This document shows, piece after piece, positions 60,801 through 64,000 of a DNA stretch of 64,000 bases. The notes beneath the pieces were generated by a model, which saw only the letters and a list, made by a program, of their open reading frames with translations, ran no database searches and was not told the DNA's origin. The stretch comes from Scenedesmus sp. PABB004 (lineage: Eukaryota), in contig JABVCE010000040.1 in assembly GCA_014905635.1 (NCBI GenBank), forward strand, positions 124,001 to 188,000, written 5' to 3'. Position 1 is the first letter of the stretch, and every line of letters begins with the position of its first letter. The translations under genes were made by a program, and so were the position numbers.

Positions 60801-61600
60801 CCGCCAAGCCTGCTGCTTGCTGCTGGGAACGTTGAGCTTGGCGACGCGCGGCGCCGGCGCCGCCGGCGGCTCCTCCTGCGGCGGCGCCTGCCCCGCCGCC
60901 GCCGGGCGCGCGGCCTGCAGCACGCGCGTGCGGCTCACGGGCGGCCCCCACGCCGCGCGCAGCGGCGCGGCGAGCTGCAGCGCGCGCTGGTCGTGCCGCG
61001 CGCCCTGCTCCCAGAGCTGGCGCTCGGACGACCCCGTCGCGAGCAGCTCCAGGAACGCCTGCTCCTGCCGGTGCAGCCACGCGCGGTGCTCCGCCTCCTG
61101 CTGCTCCAGGATGCTGCCGTACTGCTTCATCAGCCGCCCCCGCGCCGCGGTGTTGAGCCGCCCGCGCGCCGGCGGCGCGCGGCCGGCGCGGCGCGGCCGG
61201 CGCGCCGCCGCCGCCGAGGCATCGCCGTCGTCGGCGCCGTCCGGCGCGTCGACCGCGGCGGCGGCGGTCGCCACGCGCCGCTCGCCGCGCCGGCCGGCCG
61301 AGCCCGAGCAGCAGGGCGCGCCGGGCGGGGTGTAGAGCAGGCGGCCGCGCTGCGGCGCCGCTGCCGCTGCCGCCGCCGCCGCGGTGCGGCCGGGGGCCGG
61401 CCAGGCGCGCTGGGCTGCGGGGCGCGGGGCGCGGGTGCAGAGCGTGAGGGAGGGCGCGCGGAGGGATGCGCTGCTGGCGCGGCGTGCGCTGGGCGGCGAG
61501 GCGCCATGCGCGTGCACGCGTGGCTGCCCTGCGCGCGCGCCGCCGCACCTGCTGCGCCGGGCGCGGGCCACACCACCGAACCTGCTGGAGCGAGTTTCAT
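57812..61600 (-). CDS. Pentatricopeptide-repeat (PPR) protein, probably organelle-targeted
   Basis: NAFTYNCLLQLCASAGRMDDALAVY, PDTFTYNALMRG, LYTNLLNAAGRAG, PDAYTLTALL, GVAPDEQ. Tentative start MKLAPA|AQRAW. Confidence 0.85.
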
Positions 61601-62117
61601 GGTGCGCGGTGGCCTGAGCAGCGCGCGCGGGGCGCCGCCGAGCGCGCCGGCGAGGACGGGGCCGCGCCGCGGCCGCGCGCGGGCGCTGGCGAGCCCTACA
61701 GCTGCCGGGCTGGCGCGGCTGCTGCTGCGGTGGCGGCGCGGCGCCGCTGCCGCCGCCGCTGCTGCCGCCGCTGCTGCCGGCACGTGCGCTGGGCTGGCTG
61801 GCTGGCGTCCTCGGCGGGGTGGGGGCCTGAGTGTGGAGTGCGCCGGACTGGGCAGCTCCGGGCACGGCAGGGACGTGCGGCGATCAGGGCGTGGTTGCGT
61901 CGCGGCGGTCGAACAGGCGCGCGGCGAACGAACGTTCGCTCGCGCCGCCGCACAGGGCCAGCGCCCGCCGCAGCGGCGCCACACACGTGCCCGCGCTCGG
62001 CCGGCCGCGCGGAGCGGCCCGCGCGCCACCACACAGCAGCGGCAGCGGCGGCGCCTCCTCCTTACGTGCGCGTGCGCCGCGCCCCAACAACCCCCGGCCG
62101 GGCCGGCGCCGGAGGCC

Positions 62118-64000
62118 ATGGAGCCCCTGCTGGACGCGCTGGTGGAGGCGGCGGCCGGCGGCGCGGCGCCGCTAAGCATCGGCGCAGTCGTCGGCTCGCT
62201 CGCGGCCGCGTCGGCGGCGCCGCCGGGGGACGCGGGCGCCCTGGACGCGGGCCAGATCGTGCGCGCCCTCCTGCACGCCGCGCCCGCGGACGCCCAGGCC
62301 GAGGTGCGCGGCGCCGGGGGCGCTGCCGGGCGCGCCGCTGCTGCCGCGGCAGCAGCGGGCCCAACCGCCGCGCGCCGCCGCGCCGCCGCCGGCAGGCGCT
62401 GCTGCTGGAGGTCCAGTCGGCGGCCGCGGTCTACCCCGGCGCGGTGGCGCTGCTGCTGGGCGCGCTGGGCCCGCGCGGCCGGCGCGGCGCGGCCGACGCG
62501 CTCGGCGCGCTCGCCGCGGCGCGGCAGGCGCAGTGGGGCAGCGGCGCCGGCGGCGCGCCGTCGCCCTGGGTCGCGGGCCTGCGCCAGCTGGGGCGCTGGG
62601 ACGTGCTGCTGCTGCTCGGCCTGCGCGGCCAGCCGCGCTGGGAGTGGGACGCGGGCCTCGTGCTGCTGCAGGGGTTGCGGGACATGGCCAGGCGAGCAGC
62701 CGGGGGCGGCGCCGCGCCGCGCCGCCGCCGCCGTCGCCGCGGCCCCTCACGCGCCGCCGCCCCTGGCGCCGCCCGCGCAGCCTGGCGCAGCTCGCCTCGC
62801 TGCTCGGTGCGCTGTCGTCGACGTGCCCCGAGGCGGCAGACTGGCTGCTCGGCGTGGGCCTGGCTTGGGCGACGACCGTGCACGTGGACGTCGCGTCCGC
62901 CGCGGGGGACGGCCCCGGGTTTGAGCAGGCCGGCGGCTGGCTGCTGAAGGCTGCGGCGATGTCCACGCCCGCCCTCGCGCGCGACGCGCTGGCGCGCACG
63001 CTGGGGCGCCTGGCCGCGGGTGCGCGCGCGCGCGGAGCGGGCGCCCGCCCGCAGCACCGCCGCTGCCACTGGCTCTCACCCCGCCGCCGCCGCCGCCCGC
63101 TGCGGCAGAGGCGAGCCTCAACAGTGCCCTCTGGCCCGTCCTGCAGCACGCCGTGGCGCGCTGCGCGAAGGAGCAGCAGGCGCAGCAGCAGCCGGGACGG
63201 GCGCAGCCCGCCGGCTGCCAGGGCCCGGAGCAGCAGCACGCGTGCGCGCGCGCCGGCGCGAGCGGCGCAGCGGCGGTGTGCGCGCGTGAGCTGCTGGCAG
63301 GCCTGCCCGCGGTGCTGCGGCTGCCGCAGACGGCGCTGGCGCTGCGGTACGTGCACACGATAAGGCCCCTCGCGGGCACCAGCTGCGGCGCCGCGTGCGC
63401 CATGCTGGACACCGCGCGCGCGGCGCTGGCGCAGGGCCCGGCCCGGGGCGAACCGGGCCTGGCGCCTGGCCAGGCGGAGGTCAAGCGGGAGCGCCGCGAG
63501 GCGGAGCTGGAGGGCGCCACGGCGGAGGCGGCGGCCGAGGTGGCGGCGCTCGCGGCCCGGCGGCCGCCGCAGCCGGGGCCGGCGCAGCGGCGCGCGCGCC
63601 ACAGCTGGGGCGTGCAGCAGGATCAGCAGCAGGATCAGCAGCAGGGACAGGCAGCGGGCGTTGCGCTGGCGTCGCCGGCCGGCGCGGCGGCGGAGTCCAC
63701 GCCCGGGGCGGCGGGTGTGCCCCCGGTGCCACAGGGCCTCTCGACGCCCCTGAGCGCGACGGTGCAGGGCACGCCAGCGGCGGGCGCGTCCCCGGCGGCC
63801 TGCAGCCAGCAGCAGAGCCCGCTGGCGCCCGACGCGCCGCACGCACGGCCGCAGCAGCTGCGGGCGCTGCTGGCGCGCGTGGCGCGCTCGTGCTGCGTCG
63901 GCGGCAGCGCGTCGCCATCGGCAGCGGCCGGCGGCGCGGGCGATGCTGCCGCCGACGCGACGCTGGCGGGGCTGGAGCCGGCGGAGCAGACTGCGGTCAC
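62118..64000 (+). CDS. Hypothetical Ala/Leu-rich helical protein, runs off window end
   Basis: MEPLLDALVEAAAG...AQAE|ALLLEVQSAAAVYPG...LRDMA|SLAQLASLLG. Splice sites are consistent; no family recognised. Confidence 0.6.

Noticed and set aside
1..64000. Very long Arg/Ala/Pro/Gly-rich ORFs (e.g. 20915-23887, 59757-62924, 27138-29432)
   Set aside because: They reflect stop-codon scarcity at extreme GC; they are off-frame or antisense to spliced genes, or read through introns.

Overview
This is a very GC-rich (visually ~80%), intron-dense eukaryotic window from a chlorophyte green alga, probably Sphaeropleales-like (inferred from LHCA, plastid L28, PF20 and intron style). Most long ORFs in the supplied track are GC artefacts, so I rebuilt genes by hand from exon pieces and splice sites; internal exon boundaries are approximate. 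About 22 spliced protein genes and one tRNA-Thr(UGU) are supported. The genes are two tandem fasciclin genes, SmG, WEE1, an expansin-like gene, a TPR-DnaJ gene, CZIB/DUF866, EIPR1, an FAD oxidoreductase, an LRR protein, a METTL21-type methyltransferase, PRPL28, a calcineurin-B-like gene, a papain-RCC1 fusion, a TKL kinase, PYM1, LHCA7, uS9m, PF20, a PPR protein and hypotheticals. The most notable observations: (1) tandem FAS1 genes ending in an RRRLMQ-delimited, three-repeat tail whose exon is far more divergent than the adjacent intron; (2) a long pre-miRNA-like hairpin in a 1.8 kb segment bracketed by a ~0.9 kb duplication of the LHCA7 3' end; (3) many GC-AG introns; (4) an LHCA7 with the red-form Asn ligand; (5) a CZIB lacking both CXXC motifs; (6) an ATGA stop/start overlap; (7) an apparent frameshift.
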